Source: Bacillota bacterium
GTDB taxonomy: Bacteria > Bacillota > Clostridia > TANB77 > CAG-508
Length of the DNA: 53,748 bases
Assembly (NCBI GenBank): GCA_052036095.1
Contig: JBPOHA010000032.1
Span: 1 to 53,748, forward strand
Direction: 5' to 3'
Shown: positions 44,146 through 53,649 of the stretch, in pieces
How the letters are laid out: each line of letters opens with the position of its first letter
Position numbering within the stretch: the first letter of the stretch is position 1
Program-made: the position numbers and the translations under genes
Notes under the pieces: generated by a model
What the model was told of the DNA's origin: nothing
Database searches by the model: none
What the model saw: the letters and a program-made list of their open reading frames with translations, nothing else

Positions 44146-45504
44146 ATGGCAAAGGCTAAAAGTGTTTTTGTGTGTAGTGATTGTGGATATGAGTCTCCTA
44201 AATGGCTAGGAAAGTGCCCTTCTTGTGGCGCTTGGAATACTTTTTATGAAGAAACTATTCAACCATCAGTTACATCAAATGGTAAAACTAAAGAAGCGGC
44301 TAAACCTATGAATTTAAACAATATAGAAGGTAAAGAGTCTATAAGAATTGATACTGGATATGATGAACTTAATAGAACTCTTGGTGGAGGATTAGTTAAA
44401 GGTTCTTTGGTACTTTTAGGTGGTGAACCTGGTATTGGAAAATCTACTTTAGTATTGCAGTTGTGCGACAAAATTGCCAATGATGGAAAAGTATTATATA
44501 TATCAGGAGAAGAGTCAGCTGAACAAGTAAAATTGAGAGCTGATAGACTTGAAATAAAAAATGATAATATTATGTTTTTAGGAGAAACAGATATAAACTG
44601 CATTGAACAAGAAATTATAAATATGAATCCTAAAATGGTAGTAATAGATTCAATTCAAACTATGTATTCTCCAGAACTTACATCAGCACCAGGAACAGTT
44701 AGCCAAGTAAGAGAAATAACTGCTAGACTAATGAGATGTTGCAAGCAAAACCAGATAACAACTATAATTATTGGTCATGTTACAAAAGATGGTAATATAG
44801 CAGGGCCAAGGGTATTAGAACACATGGTAGATACAGTATTATATCTTGAAGGAGAAAGATTTTTCTCATATAGAATTTTAAGAAGTGTAAAAAATAGATT
44901 TGGTTCTACTAATGAAGTCGGAATGTTTGAAATGCAAAATGAAGGAATGTGTGAAGTTACTAATCCTTCATCAATATTAATTTCGGAAAATAATGAAGAA
45001 CTTCCAGGATCTGCAATAGTATGTAGCATAGAAGGTACAAGACCTTTGCTAGTGGAATTACAAGCACTAACAACTCCAAGTGTTTATGGTTTGCCAAAAA
45101 GAACTGCAAATGGTGTAGATTTTAATAGAGTTGCATTACTAATAGCAGTATTAGAAAAATGTGGACATATAATGCTTGGAAATCAAGATGTTTACTTAAA
45201 TGTTGTAAGTGGAATGAAATTGCAAGAGCCAGCAATAGATTTAGGAATAGCCCTTGTAATAGCATCAAGTTTTAAAAACTTATATATACCAAAAGATACT
45301 GCAATAATTGGAGAAGTAGGACTAACAGGAGAAATTAGAGCAGTAAACTTAATAGATAAAAGGCTAAAAGAAGTTGAAAGACTAGGAATTAAAAAAGTTA
45401 TAATTCCACAAAATAACAAAAAACTATTGAAAAATACATATAAATTAGATATAATAGGGGTTAGAAATATTAATGATGCATTAAAAGCTATTGGACTTAG
45501 ATAG
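44146..45504 (+). CDS. radA: DNA repair protein RadA/Sms
   Basis: 452 aa. The zinc finger is CSDCGYESPKWLGKCPSCGAWNT. Walker A is GGEPGIGKST. The KNRFG motif and a Lon-like C-terminal domain are present. Confidence 0.95.
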   Translation: MAKAKSVFVCSDCGYESPKWLGKCPSCGAWNTFYEETIQPSVTSNGKTKEAAKPMNLNNIEGKESIRIDTGYDELNRTLGGGLVKGSLVLLGGEPGIGKSTLVLQLCDKIANDGKVLYISGEESAEQVKLRADRLEIKNDNIMFLGETDINCIEQEIINMNPKMVVIDSIQTMYSPELTSAPGTVSQVREITARLMRCCKQNQITTIIIGHVTKDGNIAGPRVLEHMVDTVLYLEGERFFSYRILRSVKNRFGSTNEVGMFEMQNEGMCEVTNPSSILISENNEELPGSAIVCSIEGTRPLLVELQALTTPSVYGLPKRTANGVDFNRVALLIAVLEKCGHIMLGNQDVYLNVVSGMKLQEPAIDLGIALVIASSFKNLYIPKDTAIIGEVGLTGEIRAVNLIDKRLKEVERLGIKKVIIPQNNKKLLKNTYKLDIIGVRNINDALKAIGLR

Positions 45505-45559
45505 CTAGTTTAAATTATGCAAAAGCTGGAAAATCTAGAAATAAGTATCAGGAGAAAAG

Positions 45560-46606
45560 ATGGAAGTAATTGATATTTTAAAAATGATAGCACCTGGAAC
45601 ATTGATAAGAGAAGGACTAGATAATATTTTAAAAGCAAGAACAGGTGCGCTAATTGTTATAGGAGATAACAAAGAAGTATTAGATATAGTTGATGGGGGA
45701 TTCAATATCAATGTAGACTATACTCCAGCAAGATTATATGAGCTTGCAAAAATGGATGGATCAATAATATTAAGTGCAGATTTGAAAAAAATAATTATTG
45801 CAAATGCACAATTAACACCAAATTCAAGTATACAATCTTCAGAAACAGGGACAAGACATAGAACAGCAGAGCGCACAGCAAAACAAACTGGAAACATAGT
45901 AATAAGTATATCACAAAGAAGAAGCATTATAACTATATATCAAAGTGATAAAAGCTATGTACTTGAAGATACATCAAGAGTTGCAGCAAAAGCAAATCAA
46001 GCACTTCAAACTGTTGAAAAATATAAGAAAGTTGTAGATAACAAAATCACAACATTAGATGAATATGAATTTAATGATATTTCAACACTAAAAATAGTAA
46101 TAGAGACAATACAAAGAATAGAAATGCTAATGAAAATTGCAGATGAAGTACAAAAATCAATTTATGAATTAGGAGTTGATGGAAGATTAATTCAAATGCA
46201 ATTAGACGAATTAACAGCAGGAATAGAACAAGAAGAATTATTATTAATAAAAGATTATGTAACAAAAAGAGAGCCAGAAGATGCATTCAATAAGATTAGG
46301 AGTCTTTCACATGATGACTTAATGAAAGACAGCAATATAGCTAAGATACTAGAAATAAAAGAAACAGACGATTATGATGAAGTAGCAGTATATACAAGAG
46401 GATATAGAATTCTAAGCAAGGTTCCAAGAATGCCAGCAAGTGTAGTAGATAATGTTGTAAAAAAATTTAAATCATTTCAAAAATTATTATCAGCAGATAT
46501 TGAAAAACTTAATGATGTTGATGGTGTTGGAGCAGTAAGAGCGAAAACGATAGTGCAAACTCTTAAAAGAATGCAAGAACAATTTGTTTTTAATGATATG
46601 CTCTAA
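45560..46606 (+). CDS. disA: DNA integrity scanning protein DisA (diadenylate cyclase)
   Basis: 348 aa. The DAC domain has GALIVIG, DGSIIL and GTRHRTAERTAKQT. A C-terminal HhH is present (VDGVGAVRAKTI). It lies immediately downstream of radA, as in most Firmicutes. Confidence 0.93.
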   Translation: MEVIDILKMIAPGTLIREGLDNILKARTGALIVIGDNKEVLDIVDGGFNINVDYTPARLYELAKMDGSIILSADLKKIIIANAQLTPNSSIQSSETGTRHRTAERTAKQTGNIVISISQRRSIITIYQSDKSYVLEDTSRVAAKANQALQTVEKYKKVVDNKITTLDEYEFNDISTLKIVIETIQRIEMLMKIADEVQKSIYELGVDGRLIQMQLDELTAGIEQEELLLIKDYVTKREPEDAFNKIRSLSHDDLMKDSNIAKILEIKETDDYDEVAVYTRGYRILSKVPRMPASVVDNVVKKFKSFQKLLSADIEKLNDVDGVGAVRAKTIVQTLKRMQEQFVFNDML

Positions 46607-46753
46607 ATATTAATAAATTATTTTAATAAAGATGAAATTCAATAAAAGATATAAAATTAATAATATTAAATGTTGACTAAATATAAAAAGATTAAAAAGG
46701 TTTATGGGAATTACTTAAAACCCAAATTTGTATAGCAAGGATTATATGACAAG

Positions 46754-47755
46754 ATGAGAAAAGAAAATTTAAAAAAAGTTAAGAATAAAGATGTAGAAGC
46801 TAAAACAAAAATAGTAGAATCTGCAAATGAAAAAGAAATCGAAGAAAAAGTAAGCAAAGAGAAATTGAAAGCAGAAAAGGTAAAAACTAAAGAAGAAAAA
46901 ATAATAGATAAGAAGGCAGCAAAAAATGCAAAAAAAGCTGCTAAAATAGAAGCTAAAGCTAATAAAGCAAAAACACATGCTGGACCTAAAATAGCTTTTA
47001 TAGCAACAGCAATTGTAATTGTAATTGTATTAGGATTAATTGGATATGTAATGAATACAATAATTAAAAAACAAAATTTTACTGTACAGGATCCAGTTGC
47101 AACTATTGAAATAAAAGACTATGGAACGATAACAGCAGTATTATATCCTGAATATGCACCTAATACTGTAGCTAATTTTATAACATTAGCAAATAATGGA
47201 TTTTATAATGGACTTACATTTCACAGAGTTATAGAAGATTTTATGATACAAGGTGGAGACCCTAATGGAGATGGAAGCGGAAGTGCAAAATTATCTAATT
47301 TAGGAGAAGAAAGCACAGATGCGTATGCAATAGAAGGAGAATTTATATTAAATGGATTTAATCAAAACACTCTAAGGCATAAAAGGGGAGTAATTTCTAT
47401 GGCAAGATCAGACTACAGTAGCTATAGCTCAAGTCTAACAAAAAAAGGATATGATTCAGGTTCATGCCAATTCTTTATAATGACTAAAGATACTACAAGT
47501 TTAGACGGATCTTATGCAGCATTTGGAGAAGTAACAAGTGGAATGGATATAGTTGATAAAATATCAGCACTAGAAGTAGAAACTACTGATACAAGTGATA
47601 CAACCAAAACCGCTAACAAACCTATTAATCCACCAGTTATTACATCAATTTCTGTAGAAACTTATGGTGTAGACTATGGTAAACCAACAACAGTAACTCC
47701 ATTTGATTATTATTCATATATGATGCAACAATATTATGGTAGTTCAAGTTATTAA
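46754..47755 (+). CDS. Cyclophilin-type peptidyl-prolyl cis-trans isomerase with Lys-rich N-terminus and TM anchor
   Basis: The cyclophilin core is FHRVIEDFMIQGGDP...GVISMAR...SQFFIMT...AFGEV. It is preceded by a K/A/E-rich segment and the TM IAFIATAIVIVIVLGLIGYV. Confidence 0.9.
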   Translation: MRKENLKKVKNKDVEAKTKIVESANEKEIEEKVSKEKLKAEKVKTKEEKIIDKKAAKNAKKAAKIEAKANKAKTHAGPKIAFIATAIVIVIVLGLIGYVMNTIIKKQNFTVQDPVATIEIKDYGTITAVLYPEYAPNTVANFITLANNGFYNGLTFHRVIEDFMIQGGDPNGDGSGSAKLSNLGEESTDAYAIEGEFILNGFNQNTLRHKRGVISMARSDYSSYSSSLTKKGYDSGSCQFFIMTKDTTSLDGSYAAFGEVTSGMDIVDKISALEVETTDTSDTTKTANKPINPPVITSISVETYGVDYGKPTTVTPFDYYSYMMQQYYGSSSY

Positions 47756-47853
47756 TAAATATAACATATAAGCTAGCAAAAATATAATAATAAAATATTA
47801 TATAAGGTAGAAGAATAGTATATGTAATTTCTAAATATAATAATAAGTTATTT

Positions 47854-48009
47854 AAAAATATTGGCATAGCAATCCTTACTAGGTAAACAAATAAATAAAA
47901 GAATTTGAAATAAACAGTTAAACTGCTCTTCAATCTCTTCCATGTAATTTTAGAACTCCAACTCTAAAATTATAGTATATCTAGTAAGGATTACTATGCC
48001 AATATTTTT
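47854..48009. repeat. 29-bp near-perfect inverted repeat (28/29) enclosing a 98-nt AT-rich core with an internal hairpin
   Basis: The arms are AAAAATATTGGCATAGCAATCCTTACTAG (47854-47882) and CTAGTAAGGATTACTATGCCAATATTTTT (47981-48009). The inner hairpin is TAATTTTAGA...TCTAAAATTA. Confidence 0.8.
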
Positions 48010-48074
48010 TTTATTAACAAAACATTAAGAAAAAATATTAGTTATAACAAAATCGACAAATTTTTCCATTTTCC

Positions 48075-48103
48075 TTGATTTGGAAAAAAATATATGATAT
48101 AAT
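48075..48103 (+). promoter_or_regulatory. Putative sigma-A promoter of abrB (TTGATT-N17-TATAAT, TGn extended -10)
   Basis: TTGATT at 48075-48080 and TATAAT at 48098-48103. TG is at 48095-48096. Confidence 0.5.
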
Positions 48104-48134
48104 ATGGCAAAATAAGTAAATAGGAGGTATCAAT

Positions 48135-48377
48135 ATGAAAGCTACTGGGGTTGTTAGAAATATAGACAGTTTAGGAAGAATAGTAATTCCAATGGAAATA
48201 AGAAACAAATTAAAAATTTCTGTAAAAGATCCATTAGAGATTCACGTAGAAGGTACTGCAATTATGGTTAGAAAATACGAACCTGATTGTGTATTTTGTG
48301 GAAGCTCAAAAAATGTTGTCGAATATAAAGGCAAAAATGTTTGCGAAAAATGTATTAATGATATAAAAAAAATCTAA
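48135..48377 (+). CDS. abrB: AbrB-family transition-state regulator (SpoVT/AbrB swapped-hairpin DNA-binding domain)
   Basis: 80 aa. The N-terminus is MKATGVVRNIDSLGRIVIPMEIRNKL. The C-terminal half has a CVFCG...CEKC pattern. RBS AGGAGG is present. Confidence 0.9.
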   Translation: MKATGVVRNIDSLGRIVIPMEIRNKLKISVKDPLEIHVEGTAIMVRKYEPDCVFCGSSKNVVEYKGKNVCEKCINDIKKI

Positions 48378-48421
48378 TTATAACAATTAATTGATTAATA
48401 AGTATTTATATTAAAATATAT

Positions 48422-48463
48422 AAAAAGATATGGTAATTTTTTAAATTACCATATCTTTTTATT
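48422..48463 (+). terminator. Intrinsic (bidirectional-looking) terminator after abrB
   Basis: The 18-bp perfect stem AAAAAGATATGGTAATTT / AAATTACCATATCTTTTT has A/T runs on both sides. Confidence 0.8.
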
Positions 48464-48801
48464 ATCAAATTTGAAGATATAATTATAGTTAAAATATTAT
48501 GATATTAACATTTAGAAATCTAGAGTGGGTACTATATTTCAAATATGTTACGTTTTCATTATTTGCTTGACTAATAAAAGACAGAATGATAAAATTATAA
48601 TGTTAAAAGTCGAAAAATGTAAGAAAAAATAGATAAGTACCAAAAGTGCTAATTAATGACATATATATTATAGCTTTAAAATCTCATATTATATTAAAAA
48701 AGTTAGCAAATTATAAATTATATGAACGATAAAATGGTAATTATATGTTATAAAATAATGTAACAATTTAAATGATTTTCTATAAAGCGGAGGAAAAAAA
48801 G

Positions 48802-50922
48802 TTGAAAAAAATTATTAATTTACATAAGAAAATAATAGCATTAATTTTAATTTTTATAATGTCTTTTTATTTTATTGATATAATGAATGGAATAAGTATT
48901 GTAAAAGCTGATTCTAACAGATATACATATAATAACACTAATCTAGATGATACTGTATATCCAGGATTTAAAGAAAAAATCGATGCATTAAAAAAAGCAC
49001 ATCCAAGTTGGAATTTTGTAATAATGGAAACTGGACTCGATTGGAATCAAGTAATTACTGCAGAATATGCAGGACATTGGGGAAGTCCATTGTCATTAAT
49101 TCAAGGTGAAAGAGGAAGTTGGATTTGCCCAATTTGTGGAACTCACTCATATGATAATGGCTCATGGTATCATGCATCAGAAGATGCTATCAAATATTAT
49201 ATGGATGCTCGTAATTGGTTAAATGATGATTCTCCATATATATTACAATTTTTACAAATAGGATATGTGTCAACTACTGATGAAAATATATACAATGCAC
49301 TAAATGGTACATTTTTATCAAGCATGGAAAATGCTAAAATAATTAATAAAGTTTGCAAAGAAACAAATACAAATCCATATTATATAGTAGCAAGACTCCT
49401 TCAAGAACAAGGTAGTAAAGGTGGAGCTACTTGGAAAATGGAATTAGAAGGAAATTATTATTATAATTTATTTAACATTGGAGCTAGTGGAAATGGAACA
49501 GCAACAATTATCGCAAATGCACTTGCAAAAGCAAAAGAAAATGGTTGGACATCTGTTGAAAGTAGCTTAAAGGGTGGAATAAATTTCTTATTATCAAGTT
49601 ACATAAATTGGAAACAAGATACATTATATTTACAAAAATTTGATGTTGAATCATATAAAGGAATATATTCACACCAGTATATGCAAAATATTCAAGCTCC
49701 AACTTCAGAAGCTATAACAATGTATAACAAAATTAAAGATACAGATTTATTAAACCAATCTTTAACATTTGTTATTCCAGTCTTTTACAATATGCCAACA
49801 AGTATATCTGAATCACCAAATGCTAATGTAGAAATTGGTGCTAAAAATATTAAATTAAAATCAGGACACAGTGATTGGAGTATAAGATCTGCAAAAACTA
49901 CAAATTCATCAGAAATAGGGAAAATAGCAGATTCTAATACAATAGTTCTTTCAGACGAAAGATACAGTGATGGATGGCACAGAATAATATTAACAAATGG
50001 TACAAAGGGATATATATACTTTAATACAGACGCTTGGGAAGAAGTAGACGATGTAACAAATTGCAGTGAAACGGTTATGCTAACTGGAGATCAAGTTAAT
50101 TTAAGAGCTGGACCTGGAACAGATGAAGCAGTAATTACAACACTATCACAAGGGCAAATTGTAACGAGAATAGATAATTCTGGAAGATATAATTATGGTG
50201 GAATAATATGGGATAGAGTAAAACTTTCAGATGGTAGACAAGGATTTATAGCAAGCTACTATTTAGCAAAAACAAGTAGTTCAACAGAAATTTATATAAT
50301 ATCAGCAGAAGGTGGATTAGCATTAAGAGCTGAACCAAATGGAGATTTAATTCGTTGGCTAGGAAATGGAACGTATGTTACAAGAACAGATATTGCAACA
50401 GCTGAAGTAAATGGACATTACTGGGATAAGATAACAACTCCAGATGGTGCTACTGGTTACGTTGCTAGAGATTATATAAAAGATTCTAATGGAAATGCAC
50501 CAGCAGGTAAAACGTTAAATTCAGCAGATGAAACAAATAGTAAAAAAGATGATACAGCTAAAACAATAACTATGGAACCTAATGCGGAAGTTTCTAACTT
50601 AAAAACTTCTTATGGTGATAATATATCTGTAACAAAAGCAGATGGAACAGTAGTTACTTCTGGCCAAATTGGAACAGGATATAAAATAAAAGTAAATGGA
50701 ACAGAATTTACAGCTATAAAAAAAGGTGATGTAAATGGAGATGGAGATGTGAATACTGGGGATACATTTCTATTAAAACAAGTAGTAATGAATGTAAAAC
50801 AGTTAAATCAATCATCATTTAAATCTTCGGCAGATATAAATGGCGATGGAGATATAAATACTGGAGATACATTTTTATTAAAGAAAAAAGTAATGGGAGT
50901 ATCGACTATATCGTTAAATTAA
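48802..50922 (+). CDS. Secreted cell-wall hydrolase: glucosaminidase-like (GH73-type) domain + multiple SH3b repeats + C-terminal type-I dockerin
   Basis: The likely start is TTG 48802, 8 nt after GGAGG (the track ORF begins at ATG 48772). A signal peptide is present. The GH73-like segment is YYIVARLLQEQGSKGG...YYNLFNIGASG. SH3b-like repeats are seen (GWHRIILTNGTKGYIY, IWDRVKLSDGRQGFI, HYWDKITTPDGATGYV). The dockerin duplicate is GDVNGDGDVNTGDTFLLK / ADINGDGDINTGDTFLLK. Confidence 0.8.
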   Translation: MKKIINLHKKIIALILIFIMSFYFIDIMNGISIVKADSNRYTYNNTNLDDTVYPGFKEKIDALKKAHPSWNFVIMETGLDWNQVITAEYAGHWGSPLSLIQGERGSWICPICGTHSYDNGSWYHASEDAIKYYMDARNWLNDDSPYILQFLQIGYVSTTDENIYNALNGTFLSSMENAKIINKVCKETNTNPYYIVARLLQEQGSKGGATWKMELEGNYYYNLFNIGASGNGTATIIANALAKAKENGWTSVESSLKGGINFLLSSYINWKQDTLYLQKFDVESYKGIYSHQYMQNIQAPTSEAITMYNKIKDTDLLNQSLTFVIPVFYNMPTSISESPNANVEIGAKNIKLKSGHSDWSIRSAKTTNSSEIGKIADSNTIVLSDERYSDGWHRIILTNGTKGYIYFNTDAWEEVDDVTNCSETVMLTGDQVNLRAGPGTDEAVITTLSQGQIVTRIDNSGRYNYGGIIWDRVKLSDGRQGFIASYYLAKTSSSTEIYIISAEGGLALRAEPNGDLIRWLGNGTYVTRTDIATAEVNGHYWDKITTPDGATGYVARDYIKDSNGNAPAGKTLNSADETNSKKDDTAKTITMEPNAEVSNLKTSYGDNISVTKADGTVVTSGQIGTGYKIKVNGTEFTAIKKGDVNGDGDVNTGDTFLLKQVVMNVKQLNQSSFKSSADINGDGDINTGDTFLLKKKVMGVSTISLN

Positions 50923-51062
50923 AAATAGTTAAAAAATTATATAAACGAGAAAAGATTATTATATTACATAACAATTTTAAAAGTTTATAAAACGAAAATA
51001 GATTTTGTAAATTTATTATATTTATAATAATTGAAATATTATAAAATGAAAGGAAAGTTAAA

Positions 51063-52748
51063 ATGGAAAAAACTGCAAAAAATATATTTCAAGTTTTATT
51101 AATTATAATGATTTCAAGTTCATTATTAATTATTAGTAAGCCAATTTCAAATGCTGCTAGCGCAGCAATTTCATGTAGTAGTTCAATAGAAGTCAACAAA
51201 ACTGTAACTATATCAGTTACTGGCTCTGCTGTACAATGGAACCTCACATTAGCTGTAAATGGAGAAAAAATAGCAAATAGTAGTGAACTTGAAAATTATC
51301 AAGCAAATAAATCAATAAATTTTTCAGGTTCCTATACACCTACTTCTACAGGAACACTTAATGTTACACTTTCCGGAAGTATAACAGAAGCTAATGATGG
51401 AAGTACAATAAAATCATTTACTTCAAAAAATATAACTGTAAAAGAGGCAACTCCAACCCCAACTACTAATAATACAACAAACAACAGCAGTGAAACTGAT
51501 GCAAAAGTAGTAACACCAACAGAAACCAAAACAACAACAACAAAAACTAGTGATAAAACTACTAAATCAAGCAATAATAGTTTAAAATCATTAACTGTAA
51601 GCAAAGGAAATCTTGATCCAGAATTTAATAGAAGCACTAAAGAATACACAGTTGATTTAAGTAATGAAGAAAATGCTACATCTATCAATTCGATAACAAT
51701 CGGAGCTAAAGCAGAAAACAGCAAAGCAACAGTTAATGGTACTGGAGATAAAGATTTAAGTGATGGTGAAAATAATTTTGATATAAATGTAACAGCAGAA
51801 GATGGAACAGAGACTACATATAAAGTAAAAGTTATTAAACCTAAAAAATTGACTCAATCTGATTTAAGATTGAAAGCATTAGAAGTAAATAAAATTAATA
51901 CTGTTGGACAAATTGCTAAGGTTGAACTAAACAAAGCATTTGATGCAGAAACTTTTGATTATACTTGCAATTTGGAAAAAGATATTGATAAATTAGATAT
52001 AACTGCCAATGTGGATAATGATAATATTTTGGTTGAGATAAGTGGAACCAAAAATTTAACTAGTGGCGTAAATAAGGCAACTATTACATTAACAGCTAAA
52101 GATGATTCTACTGTAAAATCAGTATATACGATTACTGCAAACAAAGAAAAAGATGTAGTGCAAGTGTCAACTGAGCCAGAAACAGAAAATGGCTTCAAGT
52201 TTGATTATAAAATAGCTATTTATGTTGGAGCTGGAGTTATTGGACTATTAATATTAATTCTAATTATTCTATTAATTGTAAATAAGAAACAGAAAAAAGC
52301 AAAAGAAACATCAGATGAAGAAAATAATTATAAAAATAAAGAATTTGCTAATAATGATTCAAATAATGAAGAGGATGATGAATATAAGAGCAAATTAGAC
52401 TTTGTAAATGGAGAACCAACTTACAAAGTTGATACTGAAAATTCAGCAGACAATAATTCAGACACTGATAAAGAAGAAAGTGAAAATATAGAAGAAGATA
52501 AATCTAAAATAGATGAAGGAATTAAAAAAGTAAAAGATTTAGAAAAAAATGAAGACTTTGACGAACCTGAAAATCTTAAAGAAAATCAAGATACTAAAGA
52601 AAATAAAAAAAATATATCTTTAAAAAATGAAAACGATGAAAATAATTGTAATACTGAAAATGAAAAATATTCAGATAATTATTATATTGATGATAATAAT
52701 AAAGATAAAAAACATAGCAAGCGCAACAAAGGAAAACGTTTTATATAA
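51063..52748 (+). CDS. Surface protein: signal peptide, Ig-like N-domain, T/N-rich linker, two cadherin-like beta-sandwich repeats, TM anchor, acidic/Lys-rich cytoplasmic tail
   Basis: SLKSLTVSKGNLDPEFNRSTKEYTVDL and LKALEVNK...LNKAFDAETFDYTCNL match the L..L.vs.G.L.P.F....Y.v pattern of cadherin-like beta-sandwich domains. The TM is IAIYVGAGVIGLLILILIILLIV. Confidence 0.7.
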   Translation: MEKTAKNIFQVLLIIMISSSLLIISKPISNAASAAISCSSSIEVNKTVTISVTGSAVQWNLTLAVNGEKIANSSELENYQANKSINFSGSYTPTSTGTLNVTLSGSITEANDGSTIKSFTSKNITVKEATPTPTTNNTTNNSSETDAKVVTPTETKTTTTKTSDKTTKSSNNSLKSLTVSKGNLDPEFNRSTKEYTVDLSNEENATSINSITIGAKAENSKATVNGTGDKDLSDGENNFDINVTAEDGTETTYKVKVIKPKKLTQSDLRLKALEVNKINTVGQIAKVELNKAFDAETFDYTCNLEKDIDKLDITANVDNDNILVEISGTKNLTSGVNKATITLTAKDDSTVKSVYTITANKEKDVVQVSTEPETENGFKFDYKIAIYVGAGVIGLLILILIILLIVNKKQKKAKETSDEENNYKNKEFANNDSNNEEDDEYKSKLDFVNGEPTYKVDTENSADNNSDTDKEESENIEEDKSKIDEGIKKVKDLEKNEDFDEPENLKENQDTKENKKNISLKNENDENNCNTENEKYSDNYYIDDNNKDKKHSKRNKGKRFI

Positions 52749-52763
52749 AATTAAATAATGTTA

Positions 52764-52806
52764 AAATATGAAATTGTAATTATAAATTATGATTTCATAT
52801 TTTTTG
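52764..52806 (+). terminator. Intrinsic terminator
   Basis: Stem AAAATATGAAAT / ATTTCATATTTT followed by TT. Confidence 0.6.
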
Positions 52807-52932
52807 CACAAAACATGAAAAAAGTATATTTATTTTCTTCAACAATATTTGCTAAAATGCTTTACAAAATGCGGTAAAAACGGTAAAATATAAACGAAGA
52901 ATTTTAAATTAATTGTGATAGGAATTAGAATT

Positions 52933-53577
52933 ATGAATATTGATGAAATAACAAATAAAGAGGAAAAATTGAAACTTGCAATGAGAATTATTGACAAGGT
53001 AAAAGATGGACAAAATATTGGATTTGGATCTGGTACAACTTCATATATTGCAGCAAATGAAATTGGTAAAAAAGTACAAGCTGAAAATTTGAATATAATA
53101 GCTGTACCAACTTCAAAAATAATTGAAGATGTATGCAAAAAATATAATATTAAAATTGGAAATTTGCTTGAAAATAAATTAGATTGGGCTTTTGATGGTG
53201 CAGACGAAGTTGATAACAACAATTGGCTTATTAAAGGTAAAGGTGCGGCAATGTTTAAGGAAAAACTTAATATTGTTAGTTCTCCAATCACATATATTTT
53301 AGTTGATGACACAAAAATTGTAAAAAAACTAGGAGAAAAAAATCCAGTTCCAGTTGAAGTATTTCCTTCAGCACTAAATTATGTGGCTGCTGAGCTTGAA
53401 AAAATTGGGGCTACTGAGATTACTTTTAGAGGTTTAACTGAAAATGATAATTCTATTTTGGATACTAGATTTGATAATATTGATGCAAGCCTTGAAAAGA
53501 AAATAAAACAAATTCCAGGAGTAATTGAGTCAGGATTATTTATAGATTATAGGGTAGAAATTATAAAAAATAATTAA
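52933..53577 (+). CDS. rpiA: Ribose-5-phosphate isomerase A
   Basis: Motifs are GFGSGTTS, AVPTS, DGADEVD and LIKGKGAAMFKEK. ATG 52933 is preceded by AGGA. The track ORF starts at GTG 52915. Confidence 0.85.
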   Translation: MNIDEITNKEEKLKLAMRIIDKVKDGQNIGFGSGTTSYIAANEIGKKVQAENLNIIAVPTSKIIEDVCKKYNIKIGNLLENKLDWAFDGADEVDNNNWLIKGKGAAMFKEKLNIVSSPITYILVDDTKIVKKLGEKNPVPVEVFPSALNYVAAELEKIGATEITFRGLTENDNSILDTRFDNIDASLEKKIKQIPGVIESGLFIDYRVEIIKNN

Positions 53578-53649
53578 GATGTGAATTTTGAACTATTTAA
53601 TAGAAATAGCTTGCAATAATTAAAATAAACATATTGATTAGAAAAATAA

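Noticed and set aside
44043-45504. Expected ctsR-mcsAB-clpC context upstream of radA-disA (possible rearrangement or island)
   Set aside because: Only the absence of those genes is seen, with a GH15 gene lying upstream instead. Gene order varies among Clostridia, and nothing in the sequence (no repeats, tRNA or integrase) marks an insertion boundary.
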